A DNA stretch of 64,000 bases from contig CM060732.1 in the NCBI GenBank assembly GCA_030704615.1, positions 66,650,001-66,714,000 on the forward strand, in the 5' to 3' direction. Shown piece after piece: positions 11,195 through 24,800 of the stretch. Made by a program: the position numbers and the translations under genes. Every line of letters begins with the position of its first letter. The stretch's first letter is position 1. The DNA comes from Takakia lepidozioides. Its lineage: Eukaryota; Plantae; Bryophyta. The notes beneath the pieces are model-generated. The model did not search any database, was not told where the DNA came from, and saw only the letters and a list, made by a program, of their open reading frames with translations.

Positions 11195-13905
11195 CTAGAG
11201 GGCACCAGCATCCTTCAGCAAACCCACCAAAGTTCCTTTCTTGTGTGCTGCAACCGTATCTGCACAAAATGGTGTTTATGAATGAGCTAGAGTCAGGACA
11301 CATTATGCTGATATATGCTAAACACTTATGACTAGCGACAGTCCATGCTTGAACTGCAGTTAAAAATACTATTTCTCGGCCTAACATTGAAATGGAAGAC
11401 CAAGGTTACATTTAGCTACCCCAACAACTTTCATGCCCACTGTATGGAGTGCATAAACAAAAGCTAAGACGGAAGTAAGGCGGCTCAGGCCCGCTAGTGA
11501 ACTTTGGGTGAGCTTTCATATGCGCAGGGTTGGGGGGGTGTAAAGTAATTTACTATCAATGTGGGTAGCATCCATCTTAGACTGTCTGCACTTGTAGAGG
11601 ACCAAACAAAATATCCACCATTGATAATTGACATCAAGAAGAAAGGACAAGCCATGGAGACTTGCCAACTGGTTTCAACGCTTCACTTAGGTATAGATTG
11701 TACTCATAAGATGTTTGCCTTGGCCTTGTGGCCATAAACCCCACGCCCAGATTGAATAACAGGGAACACAAAGTTTCCGTCTCCCTCTCCTCAGGTGCTT
11801 CGCATGTTTGGATCGCCAAAGTTGGGGCGGGAGGGCACAAATGTTTATGGTTCAAAAGTAGGCCCTGAGCTTATATTTCTGTCTACTGCCGAGGGTAGGT
11901 AGGCCCTTCAGATCATCTCTAAGGCCCTCACCCATGTCACAAACTGGAAACGAGTTCAAGGAAGTTTTATGCCTTCTCAATTTCACTTAGGTCCAGAGAA
12001 AGGTATAGAGAAAGGCACAACATCCAGGCCACATTATTGAGAGCTTAAAATGATAATTCCAACAACTGACAGCTCGTCCAAATCTAGTTCTTAGTGTAAG
12101 GCAAGCTTGCTACCCTAAAAGAGAATTCCCTATGCATTGGTTTTACAACATTTTCCATTACAACTTCTGAACAAGAAAGTTTCTGACAACAATTTCCCGT
12201 ACTTTCTTTACAGGAAAAGACATTGACATGCCCCTACATACGGGTACATCTTAGAGATGTGAAACTGGAAGAATGGTCTGAACACTCACCATCACAGCCA
12301 CCTAAATGTTGACCACCGATGAAAATATTGGGCACAGTGCGCTGCCCTGATATCTCTGCAAGGGCTGCTTGCAGTTCACTTCCATCCTCTGACACCACGG
12401 ATATGTGAGTCAGTATTGCAGGTCGTTGTGCAGGTAGTAAGCCCTGGTAGGGTTTCTACAGATCGCAGACATTTCTGTTGCATACTAATGTCACAAACTA
12501 CATGCACTTTGTCAGGTGATAAAGCATAAAAGCACATTGAAAAAAATGACAATTAACAATAAGATGTCCAATGAATATCTAAAACTGCATATGGTTGAGA
12601 CACAGATAAAGATGAAGTTTGTCTAATGTCCTGTTACAGAGCATACAAAACTTGGTAAAGCCCAACAAGGGATGGACGGTTGTATCTTTACTGAGGGTAG
12701 AAACAGGGAAATCAACTCTAAGTTGACAGAAAGTAAAACAACCTACCATTGACTTCATGCCCTTATCTATACTTATGTTGTTTTTTTCAAGAAACCTTTA
12801 GACGGAGTACTGTAGTCCATGTATGAATTACACAATTTTGACCAAGCCAACCCTGTTGGATTTTCCCATGATGATAATCAATAGATTTAATCTCAATAAG
12901 ACGGACAACAAGAACATATAAGAAGACTCATCACATAATCTAATAAATTTCCATAAGTGCCTCACTTTTGGAATGATGAGACTATGCTAGTCAAACTTAC
13001 AAAAAGAAAAAGGGAGAAAGACATACTTTCTTGATCAAGCTCAATGACTTTAGCCTTGGCCCCCAAACTGCTCAAAAGCTGCTTCGCCTTCGTGCAATAG
13101 GGACAGTATGACTTGCTGCATCCAGCAGCCCAGATAGAACAAGCCACAACCAATCAAGTATTCCTCAAACAAGACTTATCTCCACACACCAATTCTCTCT
13201 CTTAACCTCATCATAAATTTAAACTCCCTCTTTCTCTCTCTCAATCTGCCCCCTGCTGGACTTTGTTCTTATTTCTTGTTGTCCTAATGATCCCTTGGGC
13301 ACCCTGCAGATGTGATTAAGTTCTTTTTTCTCAGGCCATTTGTATTTCACAGCAAGTCTGAGTGATCTGACCTTAACCACACTCCAAGACATTCAAAACC
13401 ATATACTGCACGGTAGTAGCTGACAGATACACCCATCTTTTCTAGAAGATTTACTTGATACTTGAAACTCGTTTAATTTATCCTGACTTTCGTTGACGGA
13501 CTTCCCATTCTCAGTTCCTTCAAATTCTGGCTCTCTCTTCGAGATCACCACGAAGACAAATCCGCTCTCAACACATTTCACTTATTATGACTAAATACCA
13601 CCAAACAGTACATGGATCATCCTACGGTTAAGAGCATCGTTCTGAATTGAGCAAGTAGAAACGGAGTGAGTGAAACACACGCATGTGCTATGCGGGCCCC
13701 GCGTTTGGAGAGTAGGATGTATACACAAACATTCAGAATTCACCCCGAAAGTAGGATGCCATGTCAAAATTCTAACGCGGTTCCTGAAGGAAGAACTGAC
13801 AAACAACTTCGTCACCGCTTGGGATCCAGTAAGCAGAACGAAAACGCACCTATAGACAATCAGCGGATTCTGTTGGATGGCGGTCTGTGCTTTAGCGACA
13901 GCCAT
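11195..13905 (-). CDS. Class I (CPYC) glutaredoxin, GrxC1/C2-like, 102 aa
   Basis: Exons 13905-13850, 13115-13027, 12388-12290 and 11259-11195, all GT-AG and in phase. Protein: MAVAKAQTAIQQNPLIVYSKSYCPYC...QRTVPNIFIGGQHLGGCDDT...DAGAL*. Confidence 0.95.
11699..11941 (+). mobile_element. Internally deleted copy of the TG...CA solo-LTR-like family (in glutaredoxin intron 3)
   Basis: Starts TGTACTCATAAGATGTTTGCC..GCCTTGTGGCCAT and ends GGGTAGGTAGGCCCTTCA..CTCACCCATGTCACA. Both ends match the 49004-49538 copy. Confidence 0.75.
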
Positions 13906-14735
13906 AATTCCGAACGAATCCTCCTTCTTTTCTGATATCCTCGGACACGAACAACACAACAACAAGAACTGAGCAAAAATCGAAACTAATTCCTGCTCAA
14001 CACAACAAATCCTGTGCCTACCCTGCTACTTCTCTCACACTGCAATAAAAAAACGACTGGACCACAACTGAAACTAATTCTGCTCAACACATGAAACCCT
14101 GATCCTTCCCCGCTTCTCCCCTCAAATTACGATCACTACACTCTCAGCAACACCTGAACCACAAATAAATCTAAATGGAGCTCACCAAGGATTGATAGCA
14201 CACGCGGATGCACCAGAAAATTGTTGCTTAAACGTGAATTGGTGCAGCGCAGAAGATGGGAAGCAGGTGCAGAAGAGTCCCCAAAAACGCAAGGAAAGCA
14301 CACACTCCACGTTCCAAGCTCTCATGGCGGCCACGACCGGGCCGGATTCCCACTTCTCGGCCGGCCGGGTGTCACACGCTCACCATCTAATGAATTATCC
14401 TACAAACAAAAATAATACAAAAATAAAAAATAAACCCTTTCGTTTAAATAAAAAGAGAGTTTTGTTTTGGTTTTGTTTCTGTTCTTCTTGGAGAGTTTTT
14501 TTTTTGTTTTTTTTTTCAAAGGGAGTACGGTCACCCGGGACCGACGCGCACAAGAGTTATTACTATTGGAGAGTAATTTATTTTAAACAAGCCTAAAACG
14601 GCGATAGGCTCTCTTGCTTTGGCAAAACATAAGAGGAGGTGAGAGTAAGGGGCATGAGTCAGCACAACACACCAATCGGAGCCTTGACACGGGGTAAGGT
14701 CCTTTGACCACATTTTCTCCGTTGACTTGAACATG

Positions 14736-14979
14736 TTTTTTATTTTTTTATTTTTATTTTTTTAAGGAAATAAAGGAAACTGGGAGCGACAGCCCACAAT
14801 TCAGGCCCTTGAGGAGGGGGAAAAATTAACCCCCTTTCATTTATGGGCCATGGAGACCTACGGGACAACGCCCAGACATACCGGCACGAACAATCCCATA
14901 CAAGGGGGCAGGGAAGCGGGTTTGAACCCCGAACCACCAGGGCAACATACTGTGCACTTACCAGCTGAGCTACCAGCCG
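14736..14979 (-). mobile_element. tRNA-derived SINE
   Basis: On the minus strand: A box TAGCTCAGCTGG (14972-14961), B box GGTTCAAACCC (14928-14918), about 145 nt of tRNA-unrelated body, and an A-rich tail at 14763-14736. The acceptor stem does not pair, so this is not a functional tRNA. Confidence 0.75.
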
Positions 14980-15843
14980 ATGTGCAAAGTCAGAGAGCCA
15001 AAAAAGAGGGGAAGTAGCCGTCAAATTTTTGAAGAGTTCTTTGGGATGAGCTTTTATTGTACGATTGCATAGTTATTCTTCCGGACAGTTGCAACATAGG
15101 TACCTACGACTAAATTTAAGTAGTAAAGTACTAGCAGAAATAAATATAACAACGTCAGATAATGCATGGATAGGGTGTGGGTCCAGTAGCTTGGCACGTG
15201 CCAAGGGTCTGCGTTCCTAATCGTTCTCGTCTTGTTCCCTTGGAGGCTTGGAGCGTTCCCCTAGTGGAGACTGGAAAGTATGTACGCTCTCAGCAACAAC
15301 TGCTGTTACTGCACAAATCAACGCTGTCAGTACTCATGCTCTCATCTGTTGCTGCCGATTCGCGAGTCATCCTAGGTCTGAGCTGGGGAGACTTCTGCTC
15401 TGGAGTCTGCACAGATTTCTGCTCTTGATTGTCCTGTTTCCGTTCAGACTACAGCTGGTTTCATGTCCCTCTGCTTCTCACACATGACAGAGTGGTCCCA
15501 CTCCAGCTCGCTCCCCTTTGGTCGAGTTCCTATTCTGCACAAGCCATGCCAGTCTGATTGTCAACCGCCTTTGGTAGCTGGCTTTCTCTCTCACTCTCAA
15601 ATGTCAGTGCTTAATTCCATCTCCTGTGCCAAGCTCTTGTCGGGGTTGTTTCCAGCGACCGAGCCAAAACTTTGGAGCTTTTCATTCGGCCTGATTTGGA
15701 ATCCTATTGGTACGTGGATACAGGAAGCACTCTAGTTGCTCGAGAAAGGCTTGGGTGCCAAGGAGTTGTAATAACGTTGAAAACACTATGGCAGGATAGA
15801 GTATTTCGCTACCTCCAGCGCAACTTGAAGGAGGTGGACGATC

Positions 15844-18800
15844 ATGACTGTCCCTGTAGAAGAAGCTGTGGCAGCTCTCTCTACTTTCTCTCTCGAGGTA
15901 TATTTCGGCGCTGGCATTCAACACTGCCCCTTGAATGAGACTGTGTCCACTGTTGGAGCGGTACTGTATGTGCATGTGTTTGTTGGATCAATTACAGAGA
16001 ATGAATGCGTTGTGCTTTCTATGAAGGGGGCGATCAACCTCAGTATCGGTTGATTGATGATACTATTGATGCTTGGGGTCAGGGATAGAAAGGTTACGAG
16101 GGTTAGCACTAAGGGCCATATAGTCACTAGAATGGCAGTTGCTCGCCAGGTATTAGCTTTGCGGGAAGGTGGGGGGAATGCACTAATTAAACTGAGTTTG
16201 CCGAATTTTTTTGTGAATCCCGCCGAAATATCCACGTAGCTGGAATTGGGGAAGAGAAAATACAGGTGGACACGATTTCTGAATGTCCAGTTCTCAATGT
16301 CGTCCACTAGACTGCCGAAGGCATTAGTGGGGTGGGAAGCTTTCTCTTTTGAAGTCGGTAGAGAGACAGAGGGCATCCAGCTAAGCTGTGGTGGACGTCC
16401 TTCAAGAAATGTGTTGCATTTCTAGGTCAGATCATAGAGATCGGTCGCAATGCTTGGTAGGGTGATGTTATACATTGAGGAAGAAACAGGAATTCAAGGT
16501 TTGTTGCATCAGCAAGTTGAAATGACAGGGTAAGGGGTGGTGGAATGCCTTCAATTGGGCATTCTTTAGCAGTTCTCCCAATTGATAGCTTGGCCAAGTG
16601 CAGGAGAGAGCTAGATTATAAGGATCAACCTCAAAGATCTCAACCTAAAACCCGCAGTTGGAGGAGCATATTAAATTCGAGAAACTCAACAGCCTGGCAA
16701 TCCCTGCCTGCAGTAGGTTTGGCCTTTTGGCTGCATGTTTGGATAGGTGAACTCTGAGGGTTATGAGTGTCCGAGCATGTTCACTGTAAAGTTGACTTGG
16801 CATGTATTGACATTCTAACATCAGCCAAGTCATGAACAATGACCTACCTTCTGCTCATCACCACTCTTTCGACAAGCAAGTAGTGTACACAAAGAGATAA
16901 GACGAAGAACTCCAATGGATCTTCAGGCTCCTAGACGGTCTGATCAATTACTGTGGGCTATAAAAAGAGTGAATCTATTTGCTCACTGAATCCATAAGAA
17001 TGTGGTTGTTCCAGGTCGAGATTTTGGAGTTATCAGTGCAAGCATTCCCCAACCACTTGACTGTTGCACCCAACACTTTGAAGCTTTGAATTGCAGTTTA
17101 GACTCATTCATGCACAATTCAGTTCATTGTGTCCAAGTGCCTCTAACTGTTACTTTCTTTTGTATCTTGGCAGGATGACCAGCCTGACATTCAAGGGGTT
17201 GGCGTTACTTTACTCGGTGGCCGCAGTGCAACAGAGAGTGCTATAGGTATGAATGGCTGGGACCCAGTAGGTTTCTTTGGGGAAAATCACTGTCTTCTGT
17301 AGGTTATCTTGATTCGGTTGATCTTGCAGGTATTTCAGCAGTTTGAAGTTTTTTCTCACTTTTCTGTTCTGTTATAGAGGAGGATATGCAAAGAGTTTCC
17401 TGTCATGTACAGGGTGGATTTTTTGGCCAGTATATCCAATCCTCACTGCTACTGGGAAGTCATGGAATTGGAAGCATGTGTGGTGGGTTCCCAGATTATG
17501 AAGATATTCCAGCTTACCAACTCTCGCTTGTGGAGGATACAAGTGCAATCACTGAGCTGGTATGATATTCCTGGCTGAACAAGCTGAGGGACAACAGTGT
17601 TCCATTTAATCCTAATACGATCCAATGCATAGGATCTTACAGGCAATTTTTTCCTTGAAAGCTGTCTATTGATGACCTGAAAGGAATTTTTTCTGTTCCA
17701 TGGTTGATGGTGTAGCTATGGCTTATGTGAACCCATATTCTCACCAATAATGAGGTCACAGCATCAAATTCGACTGATGGTCTTCTGTTTGAAGTTTGAC
17801 GAGATGATTTTATCTTTTTTGCCTATTCTTGATCAGGACATGCTCCTCTTGGAAGGAAAGGATTTGGTGGCCATCCTCTACACATATCGCAGCTGCGTCA
17901 AAGCTTTACCCCAGGTCTGTGGGTTTAGCTTTAAGCTCATAACAACTAGACCTTTTTGGGAGGGTTGGAAGCAGCCCGTTTGAGGAATAGTTCGACATGA
18001 GAACCGTTGAAGATACATATGTCTCTTGAAAGATCATACAGCAGAGTTACAATGTAACTGGCATTTGAAACAGCATGATGTCACACCTGTGCTCAGCAGA
18101 GGTTTCATATGTACTGCTGGAACTGGCCTTGTAGGTAATTATCTTGTGTGATTATGCTCTTTCAACCTCAGGGGCACATAAGCAAGAGGTGTCACTTGTA
18201 GCCAACCAATTTTCAGCTCATCCGTTACTCCTTTCTAGCCTATGAAAATCAGGATCCGACCCAAACTGTGAGGTCACTGCTGTTAGGATGTGAGTGTTGG
18301 TATATGATTTGTTTGTTATGGTAAGGTGCCCCAGGTTTGAGCTTATAGGAGATGGAAATTCATATTAGATGGTTATGAGGGTTGATTTCGCCAACATTTT
18401 TGGTCATTTTTGGGGGCGGTGGAGAAAGTAGTTTAAAATCGTGCACTGACCCATCCTTGTTACAAATTGGTGCAGTTGCCAGAATCAATGAAGCAGAGCC
18501 AATCAGATTTGTACTTGGAAACGTATCAAGTGCTGGACATAGAGATAGGCCGCCTCCGTGAAATGCAACGCTGGCAAGCATCTGCTGCAGCAAAAGTGAG
18601 AAATCCCCAAGAAGTCTTCTTTCTTTGTGGTTGTGGTACACCATGTGCTTTTGAGTGCATAAACACCAGTTCCCCACCTTTGAAGGTCATTTGTGAAGTC
18701 GGCAATTATGCTTCAATTTCCCCGCTAAACAAACAAATAATTACCCCATTCTTTAGATTTATGCTCTAGGGCCAGCTAGTTACAGCTTACCAGCAGGATC

Positions 18801-21800
18801 TCAAGGTACACTTGAACTTTTCAAGTGCTTTTCAATGGTCCAAAGAGTTCCCATTTCTTCAAGACATCATACCTCTTGGGAATTTTTTTCTCTGGACTTC
18901 CTCCAATGTCAAATTGCTGAGGAAACTGACATGGTTTCATCGTGTAAGTCTTGGTGGTTGTGCCCAAAGCAGGTGAATGGGTTTATGTCTTTGCTGGACA
19001 AATTAGAGAGAGAACCCTGAGTGCTTGCCACATTGTGAAGCCTCATTGGGTGTCAAATGGGTGGATGACAGCTAGCAGCAGACATGCACATTTTTTCTCG
19101 CTCTGACAAGAAGTTGAATGGCCCCACGGTTACACACATGTGGTACATATTAGGTTTCTCTACCCTTTTCCTTTTTGCTGCAGACCTGCCCTCTCTTTCC
19201 TCTGCCTCCTTTTTCCCTGCAAGAAAGAGACAAGGACTGTCCTGCCATCAGACAGTATTGATTTCAATTACTGTTGCAGATATGAGCCCTTTACCACTGT
19301 GTAGTTGCCTGTGTTTCATGGTAACGTGACGGAAAAGGGGCTGGAGGGTGTGTGCCTTGTTCAGCATTTAAGGGCTACATGTTTTCAGTGATGTGAGAAG
19401 ATGACATTGTTAAATTTTACTGATACAGCTCTTGTTAATTCTACGCTGGGTGATGCAAGTCAAGTCTTGGTTCCTTCTCCGCATCTGCCTTGTGGACGAA
19501 GGGATATTAGCAGCATTCATGAAGTGTCCTGTTTAGTGGCAACTGAGGGCCCAATGACACTATGAAAACAGGGCCATGCTGAAGCTGCTGGATGTGCTGC
19601 TGCAGCTGGATCACCTGAAGAATGCAAAGGCCAGCATCCCTAATGATTTCTCCTGGTACAAAAGGTGGGGGATTGATTGATGTCTTAGACACTTTCCACT
19701 GCACAGGGATGGATACTGAAGTTAAGAGGACCGTGCTTTGCAGTGTTATTAGACGGCCTTGGCAGCTTCATGCCCATCCCTACAGAACGTCCGTCTCTTG
19801 ACATCAGGTGGTCTTGAGTTATGCCTGTTGTAACTATTTTGTGAACAACTGTGAATACAGAGGTTTTGAGTGGCTGATGTGTGGCTACTCTTGGCAACGT
19901 TTTGTTGCGGAATGTTTGTTCTAAGAGCTGTGTATATATGTCTAGGCATTCTCGAGCAAACCTGGAATTGATAATCTTGTTTTTGGATTCAGATTCACAA
20001 AAGTTTCAGCTACTCCATGAACGCAACCTGAGCTTGAAAGCTTAGATCTGTTGTTTAGATATTGTTGTTACAGAGATTTTGTGGTGCACAGAACCTAGTA
20101 TACATAGTGATTAGCAAAAGTTTCAGCTACACATACAATCCAAGCCTGAAATCTTAAATCTGTTGCTTAGATACTGTTGTTACATGGCCAAAGATTCTGC
20201 ATACTAGTGTATATGTCTGCTGATGTGTGTGGTGGCTTCGTGACAGAACGTTCACTCAAGTCAGTGCACAATGGCCTGACACTGATGTGATGAGGGAAGA
20301 ACTTGATGATCTCCAGGTGTACTCTCTCTCCCTCCCTCTCTCTTTCAGCCCAGACAACATTGTTCCCCCGCACTTCTGTTCACCAACTTTGAAATTCTTG
20401 AGGCTGAGCCTAAAGGCCTGGTCCTGTTGGGGTCTAATCGCCGGGCAGCTCGCAGACAACAGGTTGATACTTGTGTGAAGTGCTTTCTAGAGGATATCTG
20501 GAAAATCTGAACTAATTGCCTTTATCAAGGTAAGTCACACTTCTGGAGGGAGCCCTCACAAAGGTAGTGTCTGCTCCCTTTTTTCTGCCCAAACTGGGCG
20601 GGGGGTCTATGGCCACAAGGCTACGGCAAACACCGTCTTATGAGTACACTCTCACTTTAGGAGGCTGGTCTCTGCTTGTTGTAAGAGATTTGAGGCACAC
20701 AAATGATCATAGCCAGATTTAGCGCCTCCTAAAGACTTGAATTTTTGAGTAAGCATTTTGTAAAGGCCAGGCACCTGACAGGACTGGGCAAACTTTGTAA
20801 TGGCACTCCAACACAGTCGATTAGCGAAGATTGACACTGAGGTTGACGGTTTGCTGGTTCCACAATTTGAACCCAAGATCAATCTGGTGTGAAGAATTTG
20901 TTAATCACAGGGTTATGTGCAGCAAGGTTGGACGCCTGGAAGTAAATGTAGATTACAAGTTTTTTCTGCAGCCTGTTCCTTCATCTGTATCTTAAGACAT
21001 CTCTATTTTTCTTACATGCATGCTGACATGGAGGCCTGTGGGTGGGTTCACTTGGTTGGAATTTTCCACTGCAGATCTTCCTGAGCACGAGATGGACAAT
21101 ACTACTCAACCTGCAGGCTGAAATATTTCGAGTGAATGGGTATCCTTTTTTTACTTCTTATTCCTTACCAGCTGGAAATGAAATAACACTTAGCTGTAGA
21201 AGTGAAATTACCCAAGCAAGCCAATATCAGCACCTCCAATTGACCATCCCTGGGAGTGAAAGGGCAGAGTCCATTTGGGGTTCTAGAGTTGTTGTGTTGT
21301 TTCAGTGCGCTAGGGTATATGTCCATCCAACATCACCATAGTGCTTGTGCTCGGGGGAGGAGAGTCCAGCTACAGGGTATGAAGAGTTATGTATACAGTG
21401 GCACTGACATAACATCATACTAGAAAGAATGCAGCACTGCTGCCCTTGCCCTCTAGCTTGAAGCAAATACAACAAATGTGTATGGCTTGTACATACCTTT
21501 TGACATGCTTTCGCGGGTACTGGGATTTCAGCTGGTTGTGGGAATGGGTTAAAAGAAAGAGGAATGTAATCTGCATACAATGGACTGATAGGGAGAGAAG
21601 TAGAGGAACCCAACTGATGGAGAACAGTGATTTTGTTTGTCATCTCCCTCCAACCAGTGGTGAAACTTAACCCATCTTTCAAAATGTACAGTGTGGAGGA
21701 CATTATTCAAGTCCTCATACTTTTCTGCCTGGAGTCACTTGAGTCAGACCGTGTTCTACTCTACTCTGAAAGGCATGCCCTTTTACGAGTATTGCCAGTG

Positions 21801-24800
21801 CTAGTGGTTCTTGCCACATCAGGTGAAAAAGAAGGCGAATCGGTCTTTAAGAAAATCAAAATCCCCCGGCTCATCAACATCTTCAAGGTCAGACATTTGA
21901 TTGTTTAGGGGAAAATTGTTCTCTTTGATCTGGGAGCACATCATTTGTCTAGTTGGCATGCACTTGTTGATTGGATGTGTTTGAAGAAATGTCGGAAGAT
22001 TGCAGTATTTCCTTTTGTAAAAGAGCCCATTCTAGGTATGTGCAGTGAGGGAAAGAGAGAGAATTTGAAAGGATGGTCCTCTGAACAATTTGTTCTATTT
22101 CCTTAGTTGTGAAAGGTGCCTTTGCGTGTTTTTCATGGACCTAGGACAGAGGAGTGGACACTATACCATGCTCCCTGTAGGTTGCAGCGATGAACCTTAA
22201 TAGCCGGGTGTTGTCCCGTCCCTGCAGGAAAAGACACATGGTTTTTTCAATTATGGATGTGATTTGGGATGCTGTTTCCTAAGTTCATATTCTTCAAATA
22301 AGATAGAGAAATGTCTACGGCTGACTGCAAAGGCTGAGTGTGCTGTGAACAGAGAGACCCAGTCATCCCAGCATTTCCAGACCTGCATCTGGCACCAGCT
22401 AGTATGCTCAAGGAGCTGGCACCCTACTTTCACCGACTGTCGGCACAGATGCGGATTCTTGGGCTGCCGTTGCCGCACGAGATCAGCATGAAGGAAGCTT
22501 TGGAATATCCACTTGGACCGTCATTATTCGTTCTTATTTTCTTTGGTATCAGTAGGGGTATTCTTTGAACAACCCACATGCAGAGTAATGGAGATATCAT
22601 CCAGTTATGTCCTTTATCATCATGTTCACTTCATTGGAGTGGCTGAGGTATGGAAATTTCATTAGAAAGGTGTCTGGAGACCAACTGAGATTATGGTAGA
22701 TTGATTACCTACACAAGAAGAGGAGAGGAGAGGAGAGGAGAGGAGAGGGAAAACAAACGAGGAATGAAATTTATCATGTGGGAAGGAGTTGTAATTTACA
22801 CCATGGAGAACTTTGACTATCAGCAAGTACCAGAAAGAGTACCTTATTCTGAATCACATCCCCAACATCAGAGCTCAGCATGATGAGTTTTGCTTGCGTT
22901 TTGCTGCTGCATTGAATGAGGTACTCTCTCTTGCCTGGCCCTCACGTCCCCTGTGCATATTGTAAACTTTTTCTCCTTCTTTCTTCTCATGTACCTGATG
23001 GAGATGTACTAAACTTCTTTCTTGCTGTTACCTGCATGAAGCGTTGACTCTTTGACAATCCCTTGAGCTTTAGTTGCTTGTGGGCTGCCTATGGCCCCTC
23101 TCTCTTCCTTGTTTCATGGGTGAGGCCATCATGGATGACCTCAAGGGTTTAAAGTTTAACTTGAACTTTGACCTCAAGTTTCTTATTCCTTGCTTGATTG
23201 CCTCGGATGGATGGCAGCTGGAATTAGCGAAAGTTGCAAACTCGCTCGAAGCAGCATTTGGCACACGTGTGAAGGAGAACATGTACTTGGTCATAGTTGA
23301 AGGTTTCCAACTGCTAAGTGAGTGGACTGGGCGAGTATGGGAGCAGTGTGCTTGGAAGTTTGCAAGGCCTGCAAAAGATGCCACGCCTTTTGATCCAGAA
23401 CGATCCACAGAAGTCACTGATTATGAGAGGGTGAGGTTGAATTTGTTCTTTGGTCTCTGTGGTTCCACTGTGTTGTCCTTGCATGTCCCATATGCTCTCT
23501 GGGACTCCCATAAGTAGAACAAATTTCTTCTCTCCAATGTAAAAGACTAGATTTAGGGCTTCTATTTGGGCCCACCTTTTCTCCTTGTTTTGTGTGTTCA
23601 TCGTCCCATAAGTTCTTTGAGCTTCCCACCTCTTAAAAAATTACTTTAGTCCTTTCATAGGCATTTGGGGGAGATACTATTACCTATTCCGAGATAGCCA
23701 ATTCCTTACAGAGGTGTTCCATTACAAGGATTCACTTGGCTGTGTGAGGCTTTAAATCTTAGATAAGCCCTTGATCAAAGTTGTTTGTGGGCCGCTTGTG
23801 GAGGGCCCAACTCTCTCTCTTGTTTCCTGCTTTCTCTTGTCCCATAAGCTCTTTGAGCTTTCCTCAGACATTATAAGAGTGTCATGTCATTTCTTTTCAT
23901 TTGTCTGAGCTTCCCATATACGTTATGAAGAGATCCATGATATTGTCTACTCCAAGATAGCCAATCTGTCACAGACGGTTGCTTTTACGAGGAAGAGAAA
24001 TACTTAGCAACATATCTGCATGAGGCATTCACTCTTAGACAATCTCTGTTTCTTGTTTCATGCTTTCTCTTTGCCCGTAATCTCTTTGAGTTTTCTGTGG
24101 AACTTATGAAGAATTATTTTATTTCATTTCCTTTTACTATGAAATCTGGGGGAGATACTATTGTCTATTCCCAGATAGCCAATTTCTCACAAGTCTTCGA
24201 TTACGAGGATCAGAAATGCTTGGCAGCATATCTAAACAATGCACTGACTTTTACACAATCCGTTAATCAGAGTTGTTTTTGGGCTGCTTCTTAAAGGCCC
24301 CACTCTCGTTCTTGTTTCATGCTTTCTGTCTCATAGCTCTTTGAGGTGTCCACATATGTTATAAAGTGTCATCTGATCTCATTTCTTTCTTTCTTGTGGG
24401 AGATTCCATTGTCTATTCCGTGGAACCCAATCTCTCACTGAAGTCTTCCACTATGAGGATCAGAAATGTTTGGCAGCCTACCTGCACGAGGCATTCACCC
24501 TTAGACAATCACTCGAACAATAGTTCTTTTCTCTGACTCTGGTTTTCCTATTGTCTCTCATGTTCTTCCTTCCATTTGTCCCATAAGCTCTATGAGCTTT
24601 CCGCGGATGTTATAAAGTACCATTTCATTTCATTCATTTCATTTCTTGTGGAGGGCCCCTCTCTCTTTCTTGTTTCTTGCTTTCTCTATAAGTTGTTTGG
24701 GCTTTCCGCAGACAATATGAAGTACCATCTCATTTTTTTGTCAAAAAGTTCCTCTTTATTCTTTGTGTTTCTCTGGCTGGCATTCCAACTCTTATGTGTC

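Noticed and set aside
14400-14520. A-rich followed by T-rich tract that could form a hairpin or miRNA precursor
   Set aside because: Low-complexity pairing only, with no specific stem.
14905-14979. Functional tRNA gene
   Set aside because: A and B boxes are present, but the acceptor and anticodon stems do not pair properly, and a body plus A-tail follows. Better explained as a SINE head.
15918-16376. 152-aa antisense ORF in PIR intron 1
   Set aside because: No recognisable domain; possibly a decayed TE, but unsupported.
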